From an uncultured Thermomicrobiales bacterium (GTDB lineage: Bacteria; Chloroflexota; Chloroflexia; Thermomicrobiales; UBA6265), in contig CADCWE010000031.1 of the NCBI GenBank assembly GCA_902806325.1, positions 16,112 through 80,111 on the forward strand: 64,000 nucleotides of DNA, given 5' to 3'. Position 1 is the stretch's first letter. Each line of letters opens with the position of its first letter. The notes beneath the pieces were generated by a model. That model ran no database searches. It saw only the letters and a program-made list of their open reading frames with translations, and was not told the origin of the DNA. Made by a program: the position numbers and the translations under genes. Below are positions 36,178 to 45,196 of the stretch, piece by piece.

Positions 36178-36852
36178 ATGGTGGGCGATCGGTTTCGGGT
36201 CATCCTGCAACGGCGCGCCTTTGCGCTGCTCTACGGGGCGTTGGCGCCCGTCTACGACCGGTTCACGGAGTGGCTGTTTCTGGGCGAGTGGGCGCGGTGG
36301 CAGAATTCCGCCTTGCCGCCGCTCGCGGGCGCCCGGGTCGTCGTCGAACTCGGGTGCGGCACCGGCGCCCTGGCCGAGAACGGGGGCAACGGCCGCACCT
36401 GGTTGGCGCTGGACGCCTCGCCCCGGATGCTGGCGGTCGCGCGGCGGCGCCTCGGCCCGGCGTGCCTGATCCGAGCCGACACCCGCGTCATGCCCGTGCG
36501 GACCGGAAGCGTCGATGCGATCGTGGCCACTTTTCCGGGACCGTTCATCGTCGCACCAGAAACCGGGCGGGAACTCCAGCGGGTCGTCAAACGGGATGGT
36601 CTCCTGGTGATCGTCCTCGACGGGGAGCTGGCGGCGGACGGATCCAACCGGAAGTGGCGCCGCTGGGCGCTGCGGCGTTTCTACGGCCGCAAGCCAGGAA
36701 CGCCGCCGGCGATCCGATTCGCCGGGTTCGACGGCGGCACGGAGGAGATCCAAACCACGCACGGCCGCGCCACGCTCTACATCGGTCGAGCGATCTCGGA
36801 AGCGACCAACCAGGACCAGGACCAGATTCAGAGGGGACGCTTCTTGGTATAG
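36178..36852 (+). CDS. Class I SAM-dependent methyltransferase
   Basis: 'VVELGCGTGALAE' motif I and 'DAIVATF'. ATG 36178 is chosen because the longest ORF start lies inside tgt. Confidence 0.7.
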   Translation: MVGDRFRVILQRRAFALLYGALAPVYDRFTEWLFLGEWARWQNSALPPLAGARVVVELGCGTGALAENGGNGRTWLALDASPRMLAVARRRLGPACLIRADTRVMPVRTGSVDAIVATFPGPFIVAPETGRELQRVVKRDGLLVIVLDGELAADGSNRKWRRWALRRFYGRKPGTPPAIRFAGFDGGTEEIQTTHGRATLYIGRAISEATNQDQDQIQRGRFLV

Positions 36853-37439
36853 GTCGTGGCGAGGCGGCGTTGGCGGGCGCGGGCCAGTGCCTCGGTCCGT
36901 TCGGGGCCGGCCGTGGCCGGCGGCGGCGCTGCCTGCCGAGCGCTGACCGAGGGGCGCTTCATGACCGGTTCGTCGTCCATCTCCGACACGTCGGCCAGGG
37001 GATCGGCCTTGGTTGCCATCACCGCCACGGCCTTGTTCGCGCCGTTGGTGGGCTTGGGTTTGGCCGAGGCGGCGGCCGTCTTGGCCGCGGTGACCGATCG
37101 TTTTGCGGCGGTCGCTGGTTTGGCGGTCCCGCTCTTGGTCGCGGTGGCGGACTTGGCCGCACCGGTGGCCGAATTGAGGTCTTTTTTGACGCTGGACGTG
37201 ACGTTGGCAACCTGGCCCTTGATCCCGGTCAACTCGCCGGTGACGGAGTTCTTGATGTCCTGGGCCTCGTTGATCGTCTTCTCGAACTCACCGGTCAACT
37301 CGGAAGTCATGCGGCGGAAATCCCGCACCGCCTTGCCCATCTGCCCCGCCACCTCGGGCAGCTTCCCCGGGCCAAAGACGATCAAGGCGACGACCATGAT
37401 CAGGCCCAACTCCCAGGTTCCGATGCCGAAAAAACCCAT
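36828..37439 (-). CDS. tatA: Twin-arginine translocase TatA/E-family protein with long low-complexity tail
   Basis: '[43 protein letters not shown]' followed by ~140 aa of Ala/Lys/Thr-rich tail. 203 aa from ATG 37439. Confidence 0.85.
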   Translation of the reverse strand: MGFFGIGTWELGLIMVVALIVFGPGKLPEVAGQMGKAVRDFRRMTSELTGEFEKTINEAQDIKNSVTGELTGIKGQVANVTSSVKKDLNSATGAAKSATATKSGTAKPATAAKRSVTAAKTAAASAKPKPTNGANKAVAVMATKADPLADVSEMDDEPVMKRPSVSARQAAPPPATAGPERTEALARARQRRLATTYTKKRPL

Positions 37440-37501
37440 GCTTGGTGTCCTCTGGCCGCTCCGGCGCGGCGGGATCGCGTCGTGGCACAATTCGACCGAG
37501 T

Positions 37502-37510
37502 AGTATAGCA
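37502..37510 (-). promoter_or_regulatory. Extended -10 element TGCTATACT (minus strand) upstream of tatA
   Basis: AGTATAGCA on the plus strand, 63 nt upstream of the tatA ATG. Confidence 0.5.
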
Positions 37511-37594
37511 CCCGGCCTTGGGGATCCCCGGCAGCAGCGATCCAGCCGCGGTTCGGCGGACAACGATTCCGACAACGGGTGGAGCAAACGGTTC

Positions 37595-39130
37595 ATGCGC
37601 ATCATCGTCGGATTGGGCAACCCGGGGCGGGAGTACGCGGCGACCCGGCACAACATCGGATTTCTGGTGGCCGACGAGCTCCACCGCCGCTGCGGCAGCC
37701 CCGGGTTCCGCAAGCGGTTCAAATCGGAGATCGCCGAGGGGATCCTCGGCGGCGAAAAGGTCGTCCTGGTCAAACCGCAAACCTTCATGAATCTGAGCGG
37801 CAACGCCGTGCGCGAGGTCGTCAACTGGTACCACATGCCGCTCAACGAGGTGCTGGTCGTGCTCGACGACCTCGACCTCCCGTTCGGGGCGACCAGGATG
37901 CGGCCGTCGGGCAGCCCCGGCGGCCACAACGGATTGGCGTCCATCTGCGAGCAGGTGGGGAGCCGCGAGGTCCCGCGGCTACGGATCGGGATCGGCCGCG
38001 GGCGTTCGTCCGCTTCTTCCCACGTCCTGGCGCGGTTCAGCGCCGACGAAGAAAAAGAGGTACCCGGTCTGGTCGAGACCGCCGCCGACGGCGTCGAGAC
38101 CTGGATCCGAGGGGGCATCGTCGAAGCGATGAACAGGATTAATCCCGTCGCGTCGAAACCGGAACCGAACGCGAAGCCTCCCCGACCGCCTGCGCCGGCC
38201 CCCCGCACCGTCTCCGGCGGCTCGGGAACCCCGGTACCGGCCGCGGACCACCACGGGATCGCCGCCGTCGCCGTGATCGGCGCCGGCACGATGGGCACCG
38301 GCATCGCCCAGGTCGTTGCCGAGGCGGGTCTTCCGGTGACGCTGATCGACCAGGAGCGGGGATGCCTCGACCGGGCGCTCGCCTCTCTCGCCCAGAACTG
38401 GTCGCGCGCGGTCGCCAAAGCGCGCCTGACCGAAAACCAGGCCGCGACCGCGACCGCGTCGGTGCGCGCGAGCCTGAACCGCGGCGAGGCATCGGGAGCC
38501 GACCTGGTGATCGAGGCGGTGAGCGAGGACCTGGCGGCCAAGACGGCGCTCTTCCGCGATCTGGACGCGATCCTCAAGCCGGCGGCGATTCTGGCCTCGA
38601 ACACCTCCTCGATCTCGATCACCGCCCTCGGCGCCGCGACGACGCGGCCGGATCGGGTGATCGGGATGCACTTCTTCAACCCGGTGCCGGTGATGCGGTT
38701 GGTGGAGGTCGTGCGGGGAGAACGCACCGGCGCCGACACCGCCCGCCGCGTCGTCGCCACGGCGACGGCCTGGGGCAAATCGCCGGTCGAAGTCAACGAT
38801 TACCCCGGCTTCGTCTCCAACCGGGTCCTGCTGCCGATGATCAACGAGGCAATCTTCTGCCTGTCGGAAGGGGTGGCCGGGCGCGACGCCATCGACGCGG
38901 TGATGACCCTCGGCATGGCCCACCCGATGGGACCGTTGGCGTTGGCCGACTTGATCGGCCTCGACGTTTGCCTTCAGATCTTGCTCGTCTTGCAGCGTGA
39001 CCTCGGCGACGACAAGTACCGACCCGCTCCCCTCTTGCGCCGCCTGGTCGCGGCCGGCAAACTGGGCCGCAAAAGCGGAGAGGGGTTTTATGTCTATTCG
39101 AGCGGTCCGGGCGAACGATCCGGTGGATAG
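37595..39130 (+). CDS. pth: Single ORF encoding peptidyl-tRNA hydrolase fused through a Pro-rich linker to 3-hydroxybutyryl-CoA dehydrogenase
   Basis: ATG 37595 after GGTGGAG. Residues 1-183 are Pth ('IIVGLGNPG', 'TRHNIGF', 'GGHNGL'). Residues 184-220 are the linker '[37 protein letters not shown]'. Residues 221-511 are Hbd ('[14 protein letters not shown]', 'SNTSSISIT', '[17 protein letters not shown]'). There is no in-frame stop between the domains. Confidence 0.8.
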   Translation: MRIIVGLGNPGREYAATRHNIGFLVADELHRRCGSPGFRKRFKSEIAEGILGGEKVVLVKPQTFMNLSGNAVREVVNWYHMPLNEVLVVLDDLDLPFGATRMRPSGSPGGHNGLASICEQVGSREVPRLRIGIGRGRSSASSHVLARFSADEEKEVPGLVETAADGVETWIRGGIVEAMNRINPVASKPEPNAKPPRPPAPAPRTVSGGSGTPVPAADHHGIAAVAVIGAGTMGTGIAQVVAEAGLPVTLIDQERGCLDRALASLAQNWSRAVAKARLTENQAATATASVRASLNRGEASGADLVIEAVSEDLAAKTALFRDLDAILKPAAILASNTSSISITALGAATTRPDRVIGMHFFNPVPVMRLVEVVRGERTGADTARRVVATATAWGKSPVEVNDYPGFVSNRVLLPMINEAIFCLSEGVAGRDAIDAVMTLGMAHPMGPLALADLIGLDVCLQILLVLQRDLGDDKYRPAPLLRRLVAAGKLGRKSGEGFYVYSSGPGERSGG

Positions 39131-39149
39131 CGGCGCACGGGAGCCGGCG

Positions 39150-39584
39150 ATGGACGGGGACCGAACCGAACCCGGGACGCGCCCGATCCGGGTGCTGATC
39201 GCCAAACCGGGCCTGGACGGGCACGACCGCGGCGCCAAGGTGGTGGCGCGGGCGCTGCGCGACGCCGGGTTCGAGGTCATCTACACCGGTCTGTTCCAGA
39301 CGCCGGAGATGATCGCGACCGCCGCCAGCCAGGAGGACGTCGACGTCGTCGGGCTCAGCATCCTCTCCGGTGCCCACCTGGCGCTGTTTCCCAGGATTAT
39401 GGACGCGCTGCGGGCGAACGGGATGGACGACGTGCTGGTGATCGCCGGCGGCACCATCCCCGACGAGGACGTGCCGCTGGTGCGAGACCTCGGCGTGGCG
39501 GCGGTATTCGGCCCCGGAACGTCCCTGCGCGAGGCCGTCGCGTTCATCCGCGACCACGCCCCACGCCGGGACGGCCCCGCGTGA
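39150..39584 (+). CDS. Cobalamin-binding small subunit/domain of an acyl-CoA mutase (methylmalonyl-CoA mutase C-terminal type)
   Basis: 144 aa from ATG 39150 (GGGAG SD), with '[24 protein letters not shown]' (DxHxxG), 'GLSILSGAH' and 'VIAGGTIP'. Confidence 0.88.
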   Translation: MDGDRTEPGTRPIRVLIAKPGLDGHDRGAKVVARALRDAGFEVIYTGLFQTPEMIATAASQEDVDVVGLSILSGAHLALFPRIMDALRANGMDDVLVIAGGTIPDEDVPLVRDLGVAAVFGPGTSLREAVAFIRDHAPRRDGPA

Positions 39585-40585
39585 GCGACCGTTCTGAAGC
39601 CGCGGGGATCGCGCTCGGGGAACGGCTGCTGGCCGGAGACCGGCGGACGCTGGCCCGCCTCCTCAGCCACGTCGAAGCCGAAGATGCCGTCGGTCGCGCC
39701 GGACTAACACGCGTCTACCCCGCCACCGGTCGCGGGCACCGGATCGGCGTCACCGGACCGCCCGGCGCCGGCAAGAGCACCCTGGTCAACGCCGTGATCG
39801 GCGTCTACCGGGACCTGGGGCGCCAGGTTGGGGTGCTCGCGATCGATCCGTCCAGCCCGCTGACCGGCGGCGCGACGCTCGGCGATCGGATCCGGATGGT
39901 GGACCGTTACGCCGACGAGGGGGTCTTCATCCGGTCCCTGGCGTCGCGCGGTCAGCGCGGGGGGCTGGCGCGGGCGACCATCGCCGCCGCCCACCTGCTC
40001 GACGCCGCCGGCTTCGACCCGATCCTGATCGAGACCGTCGGCGCCGGCCAGGACGAGGTGGCCATCGCCGCCGCCGCGCACTCGGTGGTGGTGGTCCAGG
40101 TTCCCGGTCTCGGCGACGACATCCAAACGATCAAGGCCGGCATCCTAGAAATCGGCGACCTGCTGGTGGTCAACAAAGCCGACCGCCCCGGCGCCGAGAT
40201 CACGGCGCGCGACCTGCGGCGCATGCTCGCCCTCGGCACCGGTGCGAAACCCTGGACGCCGCCCGTTCTGCTGACCTCTGCTTCCACCGGGCAGGGCGTG
40301 GTCGAACTTCAGGGCGCGCTGGACGTCCACCGCTCGGCGCTCGAAACGACCCCGGCCGGGCACGGCGCCACCGGTTCGGCGTGGGACGAGCGCGTGCGGG
40401 GCATCGCCGGCGGGGAAGTCAGGGCGCTCCTGCGGATCACGCTGGAGCGGTGGCTTGATCGGGGAGGACGCGACGGTACGGTCGTCGCCGCGATCGCGGA
40501 CGTGGCGAGCCGGCGGCGAACCGCGACCGACGCCGCGGAAGCGCTCGTCAGGGGCGCCGTGCGTGACCTGGATCCGGCGGGGTGA
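39581..40585 (+). CDS. meaB: Methylmalonyl-CoA mutase-associated G-protein chaperone MeaB/ArgK
   Basis: '[14 protein letters not shown]', 'ETVGAGQDE' and 'LVVNKADR'. GTGA overlap with the upstream stop. Confidence 0.9.
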   Translation: MSDRSEAAGIALGERLLAGDRRTLARLLSHVEAEDAVGRAGLTRVYPATGRGHRIGVTGPPGAGKSTLVNAVIGVYRDLGRQVGVLAIDPSSPLTGGATLGDRIRMVDRYADEGVFIRSLASRGQRGGLARATIAAAHLLDAAGFDPILIETVGAGQDEVAIAAAAHSVVVVQVPGLGDDIQTIKAGILEIGDLLVVNKADRPGAEITARDLRRMLALGTGAKPWTPPVLLTSASTGQGVVELQGALDVHRSALETTPAGHGATGSAWDERVRGIAGGEVRALLRITLERWLDRGGRDGTVVAAIADVASRRRTATDAAEALVRGAVRDLDPAG

Positions 40586-41366
40586 CGCCGCCGCGGGCGG
40601 CGGCGGCGCGGTTGGCGATCAGCGCCGCCATCGCCCCGGCGCCGATCCCGTTGTCGACGTTGACCACCGCCAGGCCCGGGGCGCACGATTGCAGCATCGC
40701 GTAGAGCGCACCGACGCCGTCGCCGCCGACGCCGTAGCCGACCGAGGTCGGCAGCCCGATCACCGGCACGCCGACCAACCCCGCCACCACCGACGGCAAC
40801 GCTCCGTCCATCCCGGCGGCGACCACGATCGCGTCCACTCCGCCGGCGACCATCGCTTCCAGCGGTTCGACCAGGCGGTGCAGTCCCGCCACGCCAACGT
40901 CCCACGCCTGGACCACGGCGCAGCCCATCTCCTCGGCCATCGTCGCCGCTTCCAGCGCTGTCGCCGCGTCGGAGGAACCGGCCGCCAGCAGACCGATCCG
41001 GCCTCCGCTGACCGGTGGTTGAGCGCCGCCTGCCGCGACCACGACGATGCCGGCTCGCTCGACCTGCCGCACGGCGTAGCGGGTCGCCAACCGCGTCGCC
41101 ACCGCCCGCCCGATCTCCGGGCTGCAGCGGCTCGCCAGCGCCCGGTGATCCGGTCCGATCGCGACCAGCCGCTCCAGCGCGAAAACCAGTTCTTCGACCG
41201 TCTTGTGCCCTCCCAGGACCACCTCCGGAATCCCGGTGCGCCGTCGCCGGTCGGGGTCGAGCCTGAGAGGGAGATCCTGCCCGGGATCGCCAACCGAGAC
41301 ATCGGCCGCCCGTGCCAGCGCCGCACGGACGGCGTCAAACGGGCGCGTCGGCGGTCCCTCGCTCAT
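40548..41366 (-). CDS. larB: LarB-type (PurE-like) nickel-pincer cofactor biosynthesis carboxylase/hydrolase
   Basis: 272 aa from ATG 41366, with an ATGA overlap onto the tlyA stop. Motifs: 'DPDRRRRTGIPEVVLGGHKT' and 'VVAAGMDGALPSVVAGLVGVPVIGLPTSVGYG'. Confidence 0.8.
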   Translation of the reverse strand: MSEGPPTRPFDAVRAALARAADVSVGDPGQDLPLRLDPDRRRRTGIPEVVLGGHKTVEELVFALERLVAIGPDHRALASRCSPEIGRAVATRLATRYAVRQVERAGIVVVAAGGAQPPVSGGRIGLLAAGSSDAATALEAATMAEEMGCAVVQAWDVGVAGLHRLVEPLEAMVAGGVDAIVVAAGMDGALPSVVAGLVGVPVIGLPTSVGYGVGGDGVGALYAMLQSCAPGLAVVNVDNGIGAGAMAALIANRAAAARGGVTPPDPGHARRP

Positions 41367-42172
41367 GTCGCCAGCTCCGCCGCTTCGGCCAACGCGGCGG
41401 CGATGAGCGGCGCCGCGTCGGTCGGTTCCCGGTCGAGCGTCAGCGCGGCCAGAAACTCGACATTGCCGGCCGGTCCTCGTAGCGGTGACGCGGTCAAACC
41501 CTGGATCGAAAAGCCATTCTCGGTCGCCGCCGCGAGGACTGTTTCCAGCACCTGGCGGTGGATCGCCGCGTCTTTGACGACACCGCCTTTGCCGACGTCG
41601 CGGCGCCCGGCCTCGAACTGCGGCTTGATCAGCGGCACGCACCGACCACCGGAGATCAGGACCTTCGCCGCGACCGGGAAGATCACGCCGAGCGAGATGA
41701 ACGAGACATCAATCACCACCAGGTCCACGGGTTCCGGCAGCCGGTCAAGGTAGCGGGCGTTCAGCCGTTCCATCACCGTCACCCGCGGGTCCTGCCGCAG
41801 GCGCGCGTCCAGTTGCCCGTACCCCACGTCGACGGCGTAGACGCGGGACACGCCGCCTTGAAGCAGGCAATCGGTAAAACCGCCGGTGCTCGCCCCAAAG
41901 TCGGCCGCGACCAGCCCGATCGGCACGATCCGGAAGCGGTCCAGGGCGTGGGCGAGTTTGTCTCCGCCGCGGCTGACGAACCGGGGACGCGCCGCCAGTT
42001 CGACCGCGTCCGCCGGCCGCACCGGGGCGCCCGCCCGGACCACCGTGGCGCCGTTGACTTGGACATCCCCGGCCAGGATCAAGGCTCGCGCTCGGCTCCT
42101 GGTGTTGGCCAATCCCCGCGCCACGACTGCCTCGTCGAGCCGCGCCTTGCCCACCGGCACGACGGCCGTCAC
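41363..42172 (-). CDS. tlyA: TlyA-family rRNA 2'-O-methyltransferase
   Basis: S4-like '[26 protein letters not shown]' and FtsJ motif '[14 protein letters not shown]'. GTG 42172 has a GTGA overlap with the ruvC stop. Confidence 0.88.
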   Translation of the reverse strand: MTAVVPVGKARLDEAVVARGLANTRSRARALILAGDVQVNGATVVRAGAPVRPADAVELAARPRFVSRGGDKLAHALDRFRIVPIGLVAADFGASTGGFTDCLLQGGVSRVYAVDVGYGQLDARLRQDPRVTVMERLNARYLDRLPEPVDLVVIDVSFISLGVIFPVAAKVLISGGRCVPLIKPQFEAGRRDVGKGGVVKDAAIHRQVLETVLAAATENGFSIQGLTASPLRGPAGNVEFLAALTLDREPTDAAPLIAAALAEAAELAT

Positions 42173-42669
42173 CGGTCGTCCGCGGCGGCGGCGCGCGCAA
42201 GGAACGGCGCCGTCTGGGCGTGGCAAAGCGCGACCGCGAGGGCGTCGGCGGCGTCGTCTGGCTGCGGTGCCTGTGCCAGTCCCAGGATCAAGCGGACCAT
42301 CTCCTGCATCTGACGCTTGTCCGCCTTACCGTAGCCGACCACCGCGTGCTTCACCTCCGACGGGCTGTACTCGACGACCGGCACCCCGGCGCGGGCGGCG
42401 GCGAGCAGGACCACGCCCCGGGCCTGGCCGACCGCGATCGCCGTCGTAACGTTGCGGGCGAAGAACAACTGCTCCACCGCCAACACGTCGGGCCGGTGCT
42501 CGTCGAGCAGCTCGGTCGTGCGGTCGAACAGGTCGACCAACCGATCCGGCATCGGTCGATCGGGCTGGGTGGCGACCACGCCGAAGTCGAGCAGGCGCGG
42601 TTCCTGGTCTCCGGCGATGACCCCGTACCCGAGGAGCGCCGTTCCGGGGTCGATGCCGAGGGTGATCAC
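42169..42669 (-). CDS. ruvC: Crossover junction endodeoxyribonuclease RuvC
   Basis: 166 aa with '[17 protein letters not shown]' and '[12 protein letters not shown]'. Confidence 0.93.
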   Translation of the reverse strand: MITLGIDPGTALLGYGVIAGDQEPRLLDFGVVATQPDRPMPDRLVDLFDRTTELLDEHRPDVLAVEQLFFARNVTTAIAVGQARGVVLLAAARAGVPVVEYSPSEVKHAVVGYGKADKRQMQEMVRLILGLAQAPQPDDAADALAVALCHAQTAPFLARAAAADDR

Positions 42670-42706
42670 GGGTGGGGGTTCCTGGCGCGAGACGCGACGC
42701 GAGGCC

Positions 42707-43453
42707 TTATCCGACCGCGGCCAACACGTCGTCGGAGATGTCGAGGTTGGTGTAGACCGTTTGCACGTCGTCGAGGTCCTCGAGCCGCTCGACGAGGCGA
42801 ATCGCCTTCACCGCCGCGTCCGGATCCGCTTCCAACAGCGCCTTTGGGCGCATGGTCAGTTCGGCCGACTCGATCTCGTAGCCGGCATCGGACAAGGCTT
42901 CTTGGACCACGTGCAGGCCTTGCGGCTCGGTGTAGACCTCGACCAAGCCGTCGTCGGTCAGCACGTCGATCGCGCCGGCGTCGATCGCCACCAAGGCGAT
43001 CTCGTCGGGGTCGGCTGAACCCGGCGTGACCACAACCAGACCGACCTGGTCGAACATCCAGCCGACGCTACCGGATTCGCCGAGTGTTCCGCCGGCGCGG
43101 GTCAAGACCGCCCGGACCTCGCCGACGGTGCGGTTGCGGTTGTCGGTCATCGCCTGGATGATCAACGCGGTGCCGCCCGGACCGTACCCCTCGTAGGTGA
43201 TCTCGTCGAACTGTTCGCCGCCCGATCCACCCGCTCCGCGCTCGATCGCGCGATCAATGTTCTCCTTCGGCATGTTCTCGGTGCGCGCCTTCTGTACCGC
43301 AAGCCGGAGCCGGAAGTTGGCGTCCGGATCGGGCGATCCGGCCCGCACCGAGACCGTGATCTCGCGCGCCAGTTTGGTGAACAACTGGCCCCGCTTGGCG
43401 TCGGCGGCGCCTTTTTTCCGCTTGATCGTCGACCATTTCGAGTGTCCGGACAT
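42707..43453 (-). CDS. yebC: YebC/PmpR-family DNA-binding regulator
   Basis: ATG 43453, with '[32 protein letters not shown]'. The rest of the 386-aa ORF upstream is spacer read-through. Confidence 0.93.
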   Translation of the reverse strand: MSGHSKWSTIKRKKGAADAKRGQLFTKLAREITVSVRAGSPDPDANFRLRLAVQKARTENMPKENIDRAIERGAGGSGGEQFDEITYEGYGPGGTALIIQAMTDNRNRTVGEVRAVLTRAGGTLGESGSVGWMFDQVGLVVVTPGSADPDEIALVAIDAGAIDVLTDDGLVEVYTEPQGLHVVQEALSDAGYEIESAELTMRPKALLEADPDAAVKAIRLVERLEDLDDVQTVYTNLDISDDVLAAVG

Positions 43454-43498
43454 AAGACCGATTGCTCCTAAGCCGATGCGGGTCGTCTCGCTTCGGGA

Positions 43499-43507
43499 AG
43501 TATAGCA
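43499..43507 (-). promoter_or_regulatory. Extended -10 element TGCTATACT (minus strand) upstream of yebC-ruvC-tlyA-larB
   Basis: AGTATAGCA on the plus strand, 46 nt upstream of the yebC ATG. Confidence 0.55.
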
Positions 43508-43555
43508 CCGGCGTTCGGGGGTTCCATTCCGGTGCCGGAATGGGAGCTGGACCCC

Positions 43556-43584
43556 TTGAAACGTGCGTAAACCTCCGCTAGACT
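43556..43584 (+). promoter_or_regulatory. Sigma-70-type promoter TTGAAA-17 nt-TAGACT for rpoD
   Basis: Hexamers at 43556-43561 and 43579-43584 with exactly 17 nt of spacer. Implies a leader of about 215 nt. Confidence 0.55.
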
Positions 43585-43805
43585 GCGGAGCATCGGGTAG
43601 GTCTACACAAATCGAGAAGCCGGGGAGGGGTATGCCAAGCCATCGTGCCCGTCGCGTTCGGAGCGGATCGCCGTAGCGTTGTCCGTTGCCCGCCGCCCGC
43701 CGGTTGGGTTCGCCGGTTCCGGTCTCGACCTGCATTCGCCGCGCATCGCCAACGTCCCCAACGTCGCGCCAGCGCTGCGCTCGCCCACAGGTGGTGAAGC
43801 GTTCG

Positions 43806-44957
43806 ATGGTTACCACGCTGATCGCCAAAGGCAAAAACCAAGGGTTCCTGCTGTCCGACGAGATCATCGCCGCGTTTCCTGACCCCGAAGAGCACCTGGA
43901 ACGACTCGACGAGTTTTATTCTTCGCTCGTCGCCGAAGGCATCGAGGTCCTCGACCAAGCGCCCGTCAAACCGGTCGCCGCGGCATCATCGACCGCGAAG
44001 GTCCGCGACCACGCGGCCGAGCGGGCCGAACACGACGAGGCGATCGCGGTTGGCGTCAGCGATTCCGTCCGCCTTTACCTCCAGGAGATCGGTGAGACCG
44101 ACCTCCTGACGATGGCGGAGGAAGTCTGGCTCGCCAAGCGGATGGACCGCGGGAAGCAGGCCGAGCAGCGCCTCCTCCTCGACCTGTGCAGCCTGGAAGA
44201 CCGGGAGTCGCTGGAAGCCGACCGGCTCGACGGCGACCGCGCCCGCGCCCACCTGATCCAAGCCAACCTTCGCCTCGTCGTCTCCGTCGCCAAAAAGTAC
44301 GTCGGCCGCGGTTTGTCGTTCCTGGATCTGATTCAGGAAGGCAACATCGGACTGATGAAGGCGACCGACAAATTCGATTACACGCGAGGATTCAAGTTCA
44401 GCACGTACGCCACCTGGTGGATCCGGCAAGCGATCACCCGCGCCATCTCCGATCAGAGCCGGACGATCCGGCTCCCGGTCCACGTCGGCGAAACCATCAA
44501 CCGGGTCAAGAAAACCGGCCACCGCCTGCAGCAGATCCTGGAGCGGGAACCGACCCAGGAAGAGATCGCCCGGGTGATGGACATCACCGACGAGAAGGTG
44601 CGCCAGGTCCTTGACGTCGCCCGCCATCCGGTCTCCCTCGAAGCCCCCGTCGGCCAAGACGGCGACGCCTTCCTCGGCGACTTCATCGAGGACGAGTCGC
44701 TGCCCGCCCCGCTGGAACTGGCCTCCCAACAGTTGCTCAAGGCCCAGATTGGGGACGCTCTGAACAAGTTGACCGAGCGCGAACGCAAGATCATCCTCCT
44801 CCGCTTCGGCCTCGAAGACGGCCGCTTCCGCACGCTGGAAGAGGTCGGCCGCGAGTTCGGCATCACCCGCGAACGGATCCGGCAAATCGAAGCGAAGGCG
44901 CTGCGCAAGCTGCGCCACCCCAGTTACAGTCGCAAGTTGCGGGGGTACTTGGAATAG
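43806..44957 (+). CDS. rpoD: Primary (housekeeping) RNA polymerase sigma factor
   Basis: 383 aa from ATG 43806. Motifs: '[13 protein letters not shown]', '[14 protein letters not shown]', 'TIRLPVH', '[30 protein letters not shown]'. Confidence 0.93.
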   Translation: MVTTLIAKGKNQGFLLSDEIIAAFPDPEEHLERLDEFYSSLVAEGIEVLDQAPVKPVAAASSTAKVRDHAAERAEHDEAIAVGVSDSVRLYLQEIGETDLLTMAEEVWLAKRMDRGKQAEQRLLLDLCSLEDRESLEADRLDGDRARAHLIQANLRLVVSVAKKYVGRGLSFLDLIQEGNIGLMKATDKFDYTRGFKFSTYATWWIRQAITRAISDQSRTIRLPVHVGETINRVKKTGHRLQQILEREPTQEEIARVMDITDEKVRQVLDVARHPVSLEAPVGQDGDAFLGDFIEDESLPAPLELASQQLLKAQIGDALNKLTERERKIILLRFGLEDGRFRTLEEVGREFGITRERIRQIEAKALRKLRHPSYSRKLRGYLE

Positions 44958-45027
44958 CCGCGCGCGAAACCAGCGGTCTCCACCGCATCTTGCTCTCCCC
45001 CATGCTTCGGGTCTTTCCGAACGAGGC

Positions 45028-45068
45028 GAGGAATCTCGTTGTCCCTGTCGTGGAACACGAGATTCCTC
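45028..45068. terminator. Hairpin: 12-bp perfect stem GAGGAATCTCGT/ACGAGATTCCTC with 17-nt loop
   Basis: Lies between convergent rpoD and fabF. The stem has unusually low GC for this genome. It could be a terminator or a protein-binding inverted repeat. Confidence 0.4.
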
Positions 45069-45196
45069 ACGTTGCGCCTGACCGAACGTTCGGCCAGAGG
45101 CGGATCGGCGCGGACCGCCTTTCCTGCCCGGTGGCGCCCTCGAGGGGCAGGACCACGCGGGATTGAGCGGACGAAGCCAGAGTCAGGCGTTTCCCG

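Noticed and set aside
43632-43676. A 14-codon uORF (MPSHRARRVRSGSP) in the rpoD leader, directly after GGGGAGGGG.
   Set aside because: The SD-like run is only ~2 nt from the ATG, which is too close. The peptide is Arg-rich like random GC translation, and there is no attenuator partner structure.
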